Shown here piece after piece: positions 49,863 through 62,849 of a stretch of 64,000 bases of DNA. Position 1 is the stretch's first letter. The number at the start of each line of letters is the position of its first letter. The stretch lies in the NCBI GenBank assembly GCA_964016885.1, contig OZ024742.1, positions 279,434,001-279,498,000 of the forward strand, written 5' to 3'. The position numbers and the translations under genes are program-made. This stretch comes from Eledone cirrhosa. Its lineage: Eukaryota. The notes under the pieces were generated by a model. The model was not told the origin of the DNA, made no database searches, and worked only from the letters and a program-made list of their open reading frames with translations.

Positions 49863-50368
49863 ATGTAGATAAATCTACCAAAATATACGGTAGTGTCCAA
49901 ACCGTATGAAGAATTCAATGTAATCCAAATATCATGAAAAGAGATGATGCATTCAAAAGTTTTTCGATGAAAATCACAGGAAAACAGAGTCAAGATAAAT
50001 TAATAAAAACAATGAATAAAAACAAAGAACAAGTTCCTTGTATTAAAAAATTCATCATTTTACGATCGTTTCTAGGATATATATGTGTGTTGGTATGTAT
50101 ATCATATAGATCTATGTAAAAATTTTACAAACTATCAGAAGAAATATACATACCTTCACATATATATACTGTCTTCTGAAGACAGCATATATATGTGAAG
50201 GTATGTATATTTCATCTGATAGTTTGTAAAATGTTTACATAGATCTATATGATATACATACCAACACACACATATATATATATATATCCTAGAAATGATC
50301 TTAACATGATGAATTTTTTAATACAAGCAACTTGTTCTTTGTTTTTATTCAGTGTTTTTATTAATTTA
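49863..50368 (+). mobile_element. Family G element with internal fold-back centred on the HHR core
   Basis: 49996-50175 is the reverse complement of ~50178-50368, with axis gtcttc-t-gaagac. Colinear with 55557-55845. Confidence 0.8.
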
Positions 50369-50390
50369 TATATATATATATTTACATATA

Positions 50391-50451
<61 letters not shown>

Positions 50452-50741
50452 GTCAAGAGTAAAGAGACATATTGACAAGCAAAGAGCTTGGAAAACGGGA
50501 AGTCACGGGGACAAAAAAAAAAGTTATAAAAAATGAATAGCAGAAACAACTCCACAAGTAAAACGCTGACGTTGGGATCTAAAATCTTACGAACATTTAA
50601 GAATTAAGAATATAAACATAAGAAGCAAAGCTCAGAAAGAAAACTAGAACACAGAGTAAAAGATTGGTATGTGGTTGAAGAAATACGCCTCAAAATATAC
50701 AAACGAAGCACAGGGATGATTGATGAAGAATACACACACGC

Positions 50742-50789
<48 letters not shown>

Positions 50790-50933
50790 ATAAATGATAT
50801 ATATATAAATTATATATATATATATATTTGGGCGGGCGGTATGTGTATATCTCAAGGAACAAAAGTAATGATGCCGCAGAAAACAAACCTATAAAGAAAT
50901 ACAGGCAATTATGTAAAATTGTATAAATAAATA

Positions 50934-50972
<39 letters not shown>

Positions 50973-51113
50973 TTACATATATATATATGTATATATGTAT
51001 ATATATATGTGTATATATACATATGTGTATATATTATACTTTTACATATATATATATGTATATATGTATATATATATGTGTATATAACCATATGTGTATA
51101 TATTATACTTTTC

Positions 51114-51152
<39 letters not shown>

Positions 51153-51478
51153 CATTTCCAACGTAATTGTTCGGTAAGTACGAATGTAGTAGAACGATAG
51201 AGATGGAGTGAGAGAAAGAGGAGAGGGAATTAGAAAGTGAGAGACATAGACCGACAGGGAAGCAGGGAGAGCATGGTAGGTTGAAAAAGAATAACGATAT
51301 AATAGAAAAAAATATCAATAGCCAAGTTTCCTCAAATGGCTAGCTAATCATAAAAGGTAACGATTTGTGTATGCGAAAATGTCTGTTTCTATATGTTTGT
51401 GTTTGCATTTTGTCAATTCTTTTGTGTTTGTGAGTCTGTGAATATGTACAATTGGGTGCGAGCGTGTGTGCGCGTGTA

Positions 51479-51594
<116 letters not shown>

Positions 51595-51601
51595 TGTGTG
51601 T

Positions 51602-51668
<67 letters not shown>

Positions 51669-52359
51669 TTAGTGTATATGTCTGTATATGAAAAACATCT
51701 GACACTAACGAATCTGGACAGAAACCATAGAGAGAAGAAATTAATGTTGAATGAATGACAAGAGAGCAGCAAATAAAAGAAGAATATAAAAGAAGACGAA
51801 TGAAAGCTGGCGGTGAAGGAGTGGAAAGAGAAGGATAGTGGAATTCATGGATTGGTGGAAATCTAGAAGTGCATCATGAGAGACAGTAGCAATAGAAGTA
51901 GAGTGAAGACAATGAATTTCTCAGTGAGATATTATACGCAATTATATTAATAAATAAATAATAATATATATACATATATATATATATATGTGTGTGTGTG
52001 TGTAATTGTATGTACATATATATGCAAATATTTCTGAGGAAGGGGGTCATTATAGAAATAGTTGCCTTCTGGTAGCTTCCGGTTACGCATGCGCAATGAT
52101 AAAAAACGCTTTCATGCTTCATATATGACCGAATATAAGCAAGTGTTTGGGTATGCGCCTGTATCAGAATAGTGTGAATAGCGTGTAAACATTTACATCT
52201 ATTCATAAATCTGTGACCATATACATATTTATGTAACTGTATTTAAATTAGTATATGTCTGCAGGTCTGTGGTTGTCTGGCAATAACTATATATGCATAT
52301 ATAAATGTAGTTAATCATTTATATATGCGTAATCATGAAGTATTATTACAAATCCAACG

Positions 52360-52544
52360 GCGTTGGATTGGCAGTATCGGTAGAGGGTCAGACGCCATGC
52401 TTTGCAGCATAGACTTACAGCCCTTACGGTCTGAGTTCAAATCCTGCCGACGTTAACTTTGCCTTTCGTATTTACGGGGTCGATAAATAAAGCACCAGTA
52501 ATGCACTGGGGTAATTGTTGGCCTTGTGTCAAAAGTAGAAACAA
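52360..52544 (+). mobile_element. Full-length SINE
   Basis: A/B boxes; 12-bp duplication attattacaaat. Confidence 0.9.
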
Positions 52545-52654
52545 TTATTACAAATGTCTGTGTGTGAGTGCGTCACTGTATGAGTGCCAATGCTTCTGTC
52601 TATTTATAAGAATGCATTGTAAGTTTGTACATTTACCATAATAAGGTTTATATA

Positions 52655-52850
52655 CAAGGTTCGGCTGAAAGTTCCTGGGTGACCAAGATACTCTCATGGA
52701 ATGACCAAACGAGGTTTATTTTTTAACATAATCCTTAGAAAGAAACAATGCAGTTGTTATTAAAAAGATTTGATAATAGTGAGTGCACGATTTCACAACA
52801 CTGACATCATTCTATCATAGACATGACATGAACTTTTCAGGCTACCCACG
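52655..52850. mobile_element. Mariner-type MITE (~196 bp)
   Basis: Imperfect TIRs TA|caaggttcggctgaaagttc ... gaacttttcaggctacccacg|TA with a TA target duplication. Confidence 0.65.
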
Positions 52851-53021
52851 TAGAAAAAATGTGTCCTGTAAATAAGTTTCCTTTGTTAATTAGTCATATG
52901 TAGGTCAGAAATTAGAACCTTTATGTTAAGTGTGAAAATCACAATTTCGGTTTCGATTCCATCAATAATCATTATCTGTAAAAACGAACATTTCTCTGTG
53001 TAAAATATTCAATAAGAAATG

Positions 53022-53207
53022 AATTGTTTCTACTTTAGGCACAAGGCCAGCAATTACCTAGTGTATTACTGGTACTTTATTTTATCGACCCCGTCAGGAT
53101 GAAAGGCAAAGTTAACCTCGGCGGGATTTGAACTCAGATGGTAAAGGGACGTAACTATGATGGAAAGCATGGCGTCCGACCCTCTACCGATACTGCCAAT
53201 CCACCGC
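53022..53207 (-). mobile_element. Full-length SINE
   Basis: Intact A/B boxes, central domain and tail. Confidence 0.9.
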
Positions 53208-53502
53208 AATTAATAAAGAAATAAAGTCAGATGGATGCACCACATTATCTTTAACAAACAAAATTCACACAAATCCTGAGTCATCGGCCGTTGAGATGGA
53301 CTTGGCAATTACGACCACTACGAACGTTACTGCTGGCCCACCCGGTGTTATCGTCTGACACAAGCCAAAGCGTGGTCCAGTAGCGTAAGAGACAAGACAA
53401 AACATCAACTTATACCATTTAAGCTACAACCAGTACACATAGAAATGAATGGAGGGGGGAGAAGAGATAAAACATTCATCAAAGATTAGTAATGATAAAA
53501 TT

Positions 53503-53604
<102 letters not shown>

Positions 53605-54184
53605 GATTTACATATACATAAACTAGACAGAGCCATAGATATATAGATATGTGTTTTTGGCAACCTTTTATGGTGTGGCTCAATGACAAATTAATTAATT
53701 AAATAATCAACAATCAGAGCAATATATAATAAAGTAAGTCCATAGAATCATTTGATAAAATATATACAGTATTTCTTCTCCCAATCAGGATAATTAACTA
53801 CTCAAAAAATCAATTAAACGAGGCTATACCTATGAAGAAACAAGAGATGAATAAATGATAGCTATTTTATCCGCGATCAACAGCCAGAGAAGATTTACCT
53901 AGTATTTCTAAAAGCCCGTAGAAACTGATTAGACATATAGCCAACCATACACAATTAGGTACAAAATGAAAGTTAGAAGAAAAAATGTACATAAACATAC
54001 CAAAATTATGTTTCTACCCCATGAGATTTCATTCGCTTTTTGGAAATATCCGATCATGGATAAATTCACGAGTTTCGAAATCATCAGGAAACAAACTCAA
54101 TTGGACAAGAATTTTTCTTAAATGATCCTCGCCAGAAACGAATTCAAAATGGCTAAGAATTGTCACATAGATAGATAGCGAGAG

Positions 54185-54230
<46 letters not shown>

Positions 54231-54334
54231 TAGAAATCGGATTTCGCTTCAAGCATAGCTTTATACAAATATGTATAGAAATTTCGTATTTCTAAAGAAA
54301 AACGGTATTAGAAAGCCGTAGCTATGCAAACACC

Positions 54335-54441
<107 letters not shown>

Positions 54442-54819
54442 ATATATATAAATTTTGAGTATATGTTGGTTGTATACCAACACCACTGTATGCAGATTGG
54501 TGCAGTCGACGAAGTGCGCAGGTTGGTTTGGTTACTCCGGAGTAATGTAAAATAAACTAAAATAAATAAGTCAAATATTTAAAGTTTGGCTTCGTTTATT
54601 ACTGCGGAACTGGAATCATATGATTCCAGTGCCTAGTGAAATAACAACCCAACCAGGAACTGGGCATATCACAGTATTGACAAAGTTAAACACCTCAACA
54701 ACATGTGTACTCGTTTCTACCACACTAATTCTTACATTTACAAATTTAATTCATAATAAATTGGAGTGAAAGCAATGGTGCGTGTGTTTCTTATTGGCCA
54801 CATGACCCTCTCAAAGCAT

Positions 54820-54875
<56 letters not shown>

Positions 54876-55297
54876 GGACGAAGACAGGAAAATGAAGAAA
54901 CACATAGAGCCCCATCTCATCAGTCGTTCGCTAGAGATAGGTTCTTTCAGTGTTTAAAGATTGATGCAACTGACCCTAGAGCACAATGTACAGTGACAAA
55001 TGGACAAGAGACAAGATGATAAACCTTCGACTAATTACAAATAAGAGAAATAATGCTAATAATCAATATGTTGCAACTGAAAAGAAGAGATATAGACTAG
55101 GCACATTATGTTGATTAGCCTAAATGAAGAAAACGTAAAAGAGAGATTAGAAGAGATAGAGAATATACACACGTTAGTTAAACTATTTTCCGTTTATTCG
55201 TACAAAAAGACAGAAACAGCAGAGAGAGGGAGAGAGAGAGTGAGAGATAGAGAGAGAGAGTGAGAGAGAGAGAGAGAGATAGAGAGAGAGAGAGTGT

Positions 55298-55404
<107 letters not shown>

Positions 55405-55556
55405 TAGTATTTGTGAGGGAAAGAGTATGAGAAGAAAGCCAGACAAATGCAAAGATATAAGATAGAACATATCAATTTGAAAAATAAATAATCCAGTGTA
55501 TCTAAAATCGTTCATATGTATAATATATATATAAGTATGTAGGTATATATATATAT

Positions 55557-55845
55557 GTAGATAAATCTACCAAAATATACGGTAGTGTCCAATCCGTATG
55601 AAGAACCGTATGAAGAAAAGAGAAGATGTATTCCAAAAAATGTTCGATGAAAATCACAGGAAAACAGAAATAAGTTATTTCTGAAGACAGCATATATATG
55701 TGTAGGTATGTATATTCCCTCTGATAGTTTGTAAAATTTTATACATACCAACACACATTTATATCCTAGAAACGATCGTAAAATGATGAATTTTTTAATA
55801 TAAGGAACTGCTGCTTTGTTTTTATTCATTGTTTTTGTTAATTTA
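55557..55845 (+). mobile_element. Family G element, unrearranged copy, in (TA)n
   Basis: Homologous to 49863-50368; no ORF; carries the HHR at 55675-55786. Confidence 0.75.
55675..55786 (+). ncRNA. Hammerhead with canonical core and 81-nt stem II
   Basis: ttattt CTGAAGA [cag.atata.atgtgt.ggtatgtata ... tatacatacc..acacat.tatat.cta] GAAAC GATC GTA aaatga. Stem I is 6 bp, stem II pairs over >20 bp, and stem III is the palindrome ACGAUCGU. Confidence 0.8.
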
Positions 55846-55904
55846 TATATATATATGCATATATATATATGTATGCTGTATCTATCTATCTATATATATA
55901 TAAA

Positions 55905-58693
55905 GACCTTGACAAAACCCATAGACATGGACCCAGTTACTGGAAGCTGAACTTGTCGTTACCGACATACAAAGCCTACAGTAGACGGATTAGCACTTTA
56001 GTTAAGCAGCACTTGATGGGGGCCATTGTCAACAACAGATGGTGGTACTCTCTCAAGAGGGCAGTTAGATTAGACTCGATAGGTTTTAGTAAATAATTAG
56101 AGTTAGATAGAAATAAGACCGAAAGGGAACTGGTAGATAAAGTAGAAGAGGCACTTAGGAGTGGCAACGTAGCCAGCGTGCTAGCGACGAGAATGGCCTT
56201 GGACCAGTTCTTCGACGCAAAGCATGAAGGTTGCGTTGTCAGAAGCAAAATACATGCTCTGGGAAACGAGCGAGCCAAAGCTGTTAGCTGGGCCCGAGTG
56301 ACGGAGGCGAAAAGTGGCAACAAGTCCATGGACGCGTGATACGTGAGCCGAAGCAAATGTGCGCGGCCTTTCAGCGGCACTTTGCTCAACAGTTCGGGCA
56401 GGGCGGCCCAACTGGAGAGGCTATGGATTTCGGTTCATACCTCGACGGCCTACCGCGACTCTCGGACAGCGAGGCGAAGTTCTGAGAAAACCCGATTTCG
56501 GCCGCTGAGATAGGGGACGCGCTGATCCAATGCGGCAAACGCAAATCTCCAGGTCTCGACGGTCTACCCTACGAATTTTACTTAGCAGTGCCGGACTTGT
56601 CCTTCGGTCTCCTGAAAGCGGTCTACTGCAACTGGCAGCAGAACAGTAGAATTCCCAGTTCTGTGACCAAGGGCGTAATCACGTTAGTCAGGAAGGACGA
56701 GAACAAGGGGGATGACATAGGCAACTTCCGGCCCATAACTCTGCTCAACACAGAGTTACAGATTTTGGCCAAGGTGTTGGCAAAAAGGCTGGCGCTTGTC
56801 ATGGAAAACCTGGTGGGAGAAATGCAGACATGCGCAATCCCGACCAGGTCCATACACGACAACCTCCACCACATGCGATACATCATAGAGAGGGTAGCGT
56901 GTAAACCCGGCTTCGGTGGGGCCCTGATCAACTTGGATCAGTCTAAGGCTTTCGATAGGGTTGACCATCGTTACCTGGATGCGGTGCTCGAGGCGGCAGG
57001 CTTCGGTCTCGTGTTCAGGGGCTGAATTGCTGCAATGCACAACAGCAACAACTGCTCAAGTGTCAAGGTGAACGGCTACTTATCAGAGCCGTTCCATATC
57101 ACGCGATCCATCCGACAGGGATGCGCTCTCACCTCCCTTCTGTACGTACTGACTCTCGAGCCACTACTGTGGAAGTTGGAGCTATTGCAGGGCATCCCTT
57201 TGGAACCGGGACTGCGAAAAGCGGCGTCGGCCTACGCCTACGACGTCATAGTAATGGTGTCGAGCACCTCGTAAATCGGGGAGATCGAGACCTTACTGGA
57301 GGAATACGAAAGTTTCACAGGAGCGAAGCTGAACCAAGACAAATCCGTCGGTTTGCAACTCGGAACGTGGAGAGACAAACCAATGCCTTCCGATGACGTC
57401 GTTGGACGCTGGACGGAAGGCCCGGTAAAGCTGCTCGGGGACTGGTTTGGTCCCGACCTCCAGGTGGAGAAGAACTGAAACGAGGTGACGGCCAAGGTAT
57501 TTGCGCTCACCCAGAAGTGGGCCGAGTGCAAACTATCCTTGAAAAGTCGAGCGGAGGTGGCGAACACTTATATAGCGTCCGTCATCGACTACCGCTTGAC
57601 CGTTGGGCCTTGTCAAGCCAAAACGCTCACCAAAATGTAGCGCGCACTCTTCCAATTCCTTTGGAAGAAACGGGCTCCCTTGGTGAGAAGATCCATCTGC
57701 TGCCAACACCCTTCAAACGGAGGGCTGGGGTCGCCGTGGCTGACGATGCGCAAACACGCGCTCAGGCTGCGGCGCCTCCACGTATTCCTCTTCAGACAAC
57801 CGGTGTGGGCCCCGTTCGTGAGGCGAGCCTTCCCACGACTCGTCTCGCTGACCGAGCTGCAGATCTGGGTCAAGCAAAGACCGAGGAAAGTGGGAGACTG
57901 GCATATCGAATGTGCTCAGGCGCTCACAGTCCTCTGGCAAACGGACCCGGCGATCAGTGGAGACTCCACTTCGACATTCTATAGAGGGTTGGTCCGCAGC
58001 AAGTGCGACGACACGCTCGGAGAAACTCTTGGCGTAGAGTAGGACGAACTGGCCAGCCTGTTGGGTAGGACCATCCGCCCGGTACCGATGGACAACTTCC
58101 AAAAGTCCCTGGCCTGGCAGTGCTACCGAGGAGCTCTACCAGTTCGAGACAAGCTCTACAGAGATGGGCGCCCGGGTAGGGACCCTTCGAAAAAGATCTG
58201 TCCGAGGTGCGTGTAATACGAATAAATCGTCGGGCACGCATTCATACACGGCCCGGGCGTTACTGACCTCTGGGGCTATGTAGAACGACTATTGTCGCGG
58301 GTGAGACCAATCCAGTTGACCACCGAATCCATTGTCATGATTAAACCGCCACCCTCCTGCAAAAAAGAGGTACTGTATCCCAGCAAATTTTATAAAAGGT
58401 GGGTAAATGTGGCAAAGATGGCCCGAGTGGTTGGGCCTTCTCTCTATATAAGCATGTAGGTTGAGGAAAAAGAGGAAGAGAGGAAGGGAGTACTCACTCT
58501 TGGTGCTCTTGGAGATGATGGTTGTATATTTTTTTTCGGCGTGTGTACAACCCATGTGTAACACCTCCCCCCTATTGGGGATTTCAATTGTTATTTGTTG
58601 TTTTATTAAAAGTTTATTTTCATAGACCCGTATGTAAACTCCCCATTTTTATTTGTCCCATTCTTTTGTGCCCTTGTGGCTAATAAAGAAATT
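55905..58693 (+). mobile_element. 5'-truncated L1/Tx1-clade LINE (ORF2 pseudogene with RT)
   Basis: GPSYWKLN, KSPGLDGLPYEFY, NFRPITLLNTELQILAKVLA, LDQSKAFDRVDH, SIRQGCALTSLLY, AYAYDV and CPRC, with many stops. 18-bp TSD tatctatatatatataaa at 55887-55904 and 58694-58711. Confidence 0.9.
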
Positions 58694-58724
58694 TATCTAT
58701 ATATATATAAATATATATATATAA

Positions 58725-58868
<144 letters not shown>

Positions 58869-59065
58869 TTAGTTATACTATTTATGGTTATGTAAACACA
58901 AAACCTTAAGCAGTTGTAAGTATTTTACACACACCCTAAATAGTGGTAGGCAGTAATGTATTACTACCTTATTACCAGTAAGTTAAGTAGCTCAATGTAA
59001 AAACATCAGATGATTTACAGAGCAGTTATATGAAATATAAGAATCAAAGAACTGTTCAAAACATT

Positions 59066-59118
59066 ATTGTGCTTACAGCTGTTTCCTCCAAACCGAGGTT
59101 TGGATTCTTCGGAGCAAT
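59066..59118 (-). ncRNA. Hammerhead (U4C core) at the 3' end of the young PLE
   Basis: Minus strand: ttgct CCGAAGA a tccaaac ctcg gtttgga g GAAAC AGCT GTA agca. Stem II is 7 bp, stem III is the palindrome ACAGCUGU, and the triplet is GUA. Confidence 0.8.
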
Positions 59119-60559
59119 TTATTAATGCATGGACAGTTATATGACCTCCTTTTCAGCCGAGAGACATACCAATACATATTCAAACATTGATACATATTCA
59201 AACATTGTGGGTCAACATTCATTACAGAATTTAGAGTGGCAGTACACACTTCGAGATTACATTTATATTAATAGGTACAATCAAAAATCAAAGATATAGG
59301 TTAAAGTACAACATGAAGATAAGTGGTTATATAGTGCAAATGTTATATGTGTGGCACGCATGTGCGTCTTGTTTATATAGTGTGGCAGAGAGATATGTGT
59401 GGTAGAGGCACTTAGGTAGGTAAATAAGAGTGTTAGGTTGGTAGATCTGGTGGCAAAGTCTTTATGTGATTGATATAGTCTGTGTGTGGAGAAATATTAT
59501 AAGCATTAAAGATAGTGCAAGCCTTAAAAGTGTTATAAGTATTGGAGATGCACAGCGCAGGGATGTCAAGTAATTCATGTACTTCGGCATTTTCATGGTC
59601 AAGGGAGTGTATATTTCGATTATATGCCTTTCACATAATCCACGACAATCCAGTTAGAGATCGTAGTCTGGTGTTCTTTAGTTCGATACAGGAGGTTGTT
59701 ACGTTTCGAGAAACGCCATTGAATACCGGAAGTGTGTGTGTGGCTAAGAGGAGTTAATGCATGCGGGGAGGTAACTCTGGGGTTTCTATATCTAGCCATT
59801 AAAATGTGTCCCAATATAGACCCTAAACTCTATGGTGAAGTGCACCTTCCAAGAGAGACTTTTAAAGCATAAAGTGTACTAACTATAGAGTAGTTTAACT
59901 AAGTTATGCTGAAGGTGATCATATAATTATTAAGGTGGATTAACCCATCTTAAGGTGCTACAAATGAAAATTATAGATGATGAGCGAGGATTCTAAATTA
60001 ATGATCTCTGTGGTTGTAGTCTGCTCATATGACCAGGCGCGGTGATTGCAGGATTGCTTCAGGACCCAATGATCTCTGGTAAGATTTGGGTCATCGCTTG
60101 CTACATTGGATGTCGAAAGATAATCGTCCCCAGGCAGGCCAAAGGTCAATCCGCAGTCCTCGCGACCCCTCTCTGACCGTCAGATCATCCATATACGTAC
60201 AACCCGCACGGCAGTTGCATTGCATTCACTCACTGCGCTCAGCAGCCCGGTCCTACTGGTCAACAGCGCTACTCGATTAAATCATTTTACATCTGTCTAA
60301 GGAAGGTGTTACCTCTGCCCAACACCATCCAACCGATCAATTCATGCTCAAATTACCCTTAGAGCGGTGTAGTGCCGTCCAAGTGGGTGGATGTGGTCAC
60401 ACCTGCCGTAGTGGTATAAATGGGTATATTCCCTGCGAAGGGTTCCAGAGGGATGTCGTTGTTTGTGTTATAATGGATCAGCTAGTGTTGGGTATGTAGT
60501 ATAGGGTGTGTCTCTGGTGTTTGATGCTAGATGTGGTGTTAGGTTCCAGTCCGACATTG

Positions 60560-62785
60560 CTATATATAGGGCTTAAAGTTTTGGAAGGAATGTCTGAGGC
60601 GGTGCTGGCAAGTTGCAAACACCTCAGATTTTTTGTTAAGTAGGTTACGGTTGGAGAAGATGATATTGTGTGTCTCTAGTATACAGAGGTTACAGAATTT
60701 ATTAGGTGGTTTGTACGAGGTCGCGCTGCCTATCACTTCCCATTTGAGTGTGTATGGTTTATTTTTAGATTTTAGATAGTGTATGTAGCTAGAAAGTGAG
60801 GTGGAGTTGGCTAGGCTGTGCTTTTTGAATGAGTGGATGTGCGAGTTATATCTGATTTTGAAGCAGTTAGAAGTGGAGCCTACATAGGTTTCTGAAGAGT
60901 TATTAGTCGTGACTGTGCATGAGTATATGACATCCTTGGTTAGGCATTTTTTATCTAAAGGGCAGGTTCTATTAGCTCTACAGTTACAATTATTCTGTGC
61001 GTTAGTCCGCTGGTTATAATGCAATGCGGAAGTCTGTGTGGTGGATATAGGATTTTGGGTGTTCGGGTTGACAACCCTGGTGTTATTACTTATACTAGTG
61101 TTATTTCTATTGTTACTGCCGTTGCTATTGTTGCTTGCTACAGTGGTATTTAGAGGGTTTGCATCCCGTTGTGATTTTGTTTGTTGGAAGTAAGAACTAA
61201 TTTTACTATTATTGCTGCTAGCTATGTGGTATGCTAAGTTAGGCGTCGTAGAGTATGAGATTTTAATGGTGTTTTTGTTTAAGAGGTTGTGGTACTTGTG
61301 TCCTAGAGGGAAGTTTTTATCTAGTAGTGAGAAGAAAGCCCTAGGTATGTTGGTGGAGACATTTAGGTTGAAAGGAGGGTTGAAAAATGTATTATTTCTT
61401 CTTCTATTTTTGCTTTTAGTGTTTGGTGTGTTGCTTCCTCCTAAGGCCTCACAGTAGTTTCCATGGTAATGGTTACTTCCGGTGGCACCCTCCGCTTTGG
61501 TGTACTTGTGGTTGCTATTCCTATTATTAGATTTCCTCATGGACATGTTGTGCGAGATGATGTTGTAGCTATGTGTTTTCTTAGGTAGGAACTCAATTTC
61601 TATATTATGGCCGGAGCTAGCTAATGCTTGATTGTAATATTGTGAGTTTTTGCTAAATATGTTTGCGTCATAGGACAGACTAGAGATTCTATTGGACACC
61701 CCCTTAGAGATAGAGTTTAATATTGATCTAGGGTGATTAGACTTGGTATCTACGTAAATAATTTCTCATTAGGCTTATGGAAAGGTGTATATATTTTTGA
61801 GTCTAGGTATAGTGTGGCGTCTAGGAAGTTAACATTTTTAGCGTTTTTGTCCATGGTGATACTAAGGTTAAAGTTTTTGAATGTCTTATGCAGTTGTTTT
61901 CTAGTTCTTTCTATATTAAATTTTTTATATTCTATGAGTAGAAGTGCATCATCGCGGTACAAACCACCGTTGAGGTAAGGGAGGTCTTTATGGATTTCAT
62001 TGAGGAGGTATAGGCCGACCAAATCAGTGACCTGCGCCGAGTCACTAGATCCCATGGTTATGTCGAAGTTGTTGTGCGTATCCTTGCGTGTCCATAGTTG
62101 GTCCTCGAAGGTGATTATGGTTTTACGGGCCGCAAGGATGACTTCAACCTGGGCTCTAGTCAGGTCGCTATTGGTCATGGCCATGATAAGTGCCTTATTT
62201 AATAGGATAGGGGAAATAGAGGTGTAGTATGAATTGATATCAAATTGAATAAATTTTTTGTTCTTATTATTCTTGATATCCTTGAACCATTCAATTACTT
62301 CACCTGTATTTCCCCATTGTTTAAGGTGTATCTTATGTTTAATTTGTGGGATGATTTTATCCAAAATCTTCTTGCTGATAATACCAATGTCGGACTTGGA
62401 AGGGCAGATAAGTCTTATCGTGGGGTTGCTGATGAAGTTCTCCTTATGGTCCTTCAGAGAGAATCTAGGGGGGTTCGGAGTGAAAGGTTGTGTATGCCTT
62501 TGTAGTCCTAGTTTAGACACTATATTATAACCCTCTACATTAATATCTTCTAAGTTTTTCAAGGTGGTTTTTTTGTAGCTTTTATGTAGTTCATTATATA
62601 TAAACTTTCTATAAGTAATATAATCTAGGCTGTATATGTTATTAGTTTTATCTGCGTGTACAATAATTTTATTACTAGTTTTGAATCCACTAATAGAAGT
62701 GTTAAGTTTGTTTAAGAAGGTGTTGCTTCTAATATGGTGCTTATTGTATTTAATGTTCTTAACTAGTTTAACTAGGTCATTTTCA
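60560..62785 (-). CDS. PLE RT-GIY-YIG polyprotein lacking its N-terminus, split by one 1-bp frameshift at ~61763
   Basis: ORFs 61750-62835 and 60560-61699 join as KPNEK-IIYVDTKSNHPRSILNSISKGVSNRIS if one A is restored in the gagaaa(a)tt run. Confidence 0.85.
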
Positions 62786-62849
62786 TAAATAGTATAACTA
62801 ATACTATTAACTGCTCCATATCGTTGAGCTGACATATAATATTGCCAAT

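Noticed and set aside
59500-60500. Second ORF or additional ribozyme (twister/HDV-like) in the long PLE 3' region
   Set aside because: Only short ORFs with no recognisable motifs, and no ribozyme consensus could be matched by eye. An Rfam cmscan would be needed.
60560-61100. Selenocysteine-type Naiad (in-frame UGA at conserved Cys)
   Set aside because: The conserved cysteines are encoded as Cys in an open frame. No in-frame UGA was seen here or in ORF 29951-30328.
62786-62835. N-terminus MSAQRYGAVNSISYTIY of ORF 61750-62835
   Set aside because: Chimeric: it is the antisense of the + copy's leader fused at the inversion breakpoint. The real N-terminus starts at 62850 (+).
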